From Eledone cirrhosa (lineage: Eukaryota): a stretch of DNA of 64,000 bases. The DNA lies in NCBI GenBank assembly GCA_964016885.1, contig OZ024742.1:120714001-120778000 (forward strand), written 5' to 3'. A program made the translations under genes and the position numbers. Within the stretch, counting starts at the first letter, position 1; each line of letters begins with the position of its first letter. The notes under the pieces are model-generated. The model saw only the letters and a program-made list of their open reading frames with translations. It searched no databases and was not told where the DNA came from. Of this stretch, positions 63,786 through 64,000 are shown in pieces.

Positions 63786-64000
63786 CCTTTTTCAAACCAA
63801 AACACTTAAAGCCATTCCTGATACTATGATACAAAATTGTTTATTTTAAAGTGTTTAATATTTACCTAAAAAACCTTCCATTATAATTTTTTGTCAGAAC
63901 CTTTGTTATGTTCTAAACACCAACTGCTAACTCTAGTGTAAGATTTAGTTTGTTTATAAGAACTTTTTTTATCTGTCCACTTCAGTCCTTTTATTATTGA

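Overview
AT-rich, microsatellite-dense animal genomic DNA. The tRNA-derived SINEs resemble those of octopod cephalopods (inferred from recalled consensus similarity, not a search). No intact host protein-coding gene is supportable. Almost all interpretable sequence is transposable element or repeat: three R4/Dong-like restriction-endonuclease retrotransposons (two near-identical copies flanked by TATG repeats), several RTE LINEs with a PHD-like zinc finger inside the RT, RTE-tailed and tRNA-headed SINEs, Penelope-like remnants, a CRE fragment, a Gypsy-like pol fragment, a 5' LTR + gag with a tRNA-Trp PBS, Tc1/mariner and piggyBac-like relics and MITEs, Helitrons, and a ~12-kb composite satellite/fold-back block. 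The most notable signals are: several hammerhead-ribozyme motifs (one with a near-complete type I fold in an inverted-repeat element, one in a ~323-bp retrozyme-like tandem dimer); a ~495-bp-arm palindrome whose spacer is a templated copy; an internal LINE inversion with templated junctions; and two R4-like copies with the same truncation point. Coordinates were counted by eye and element boundaries are approximate.
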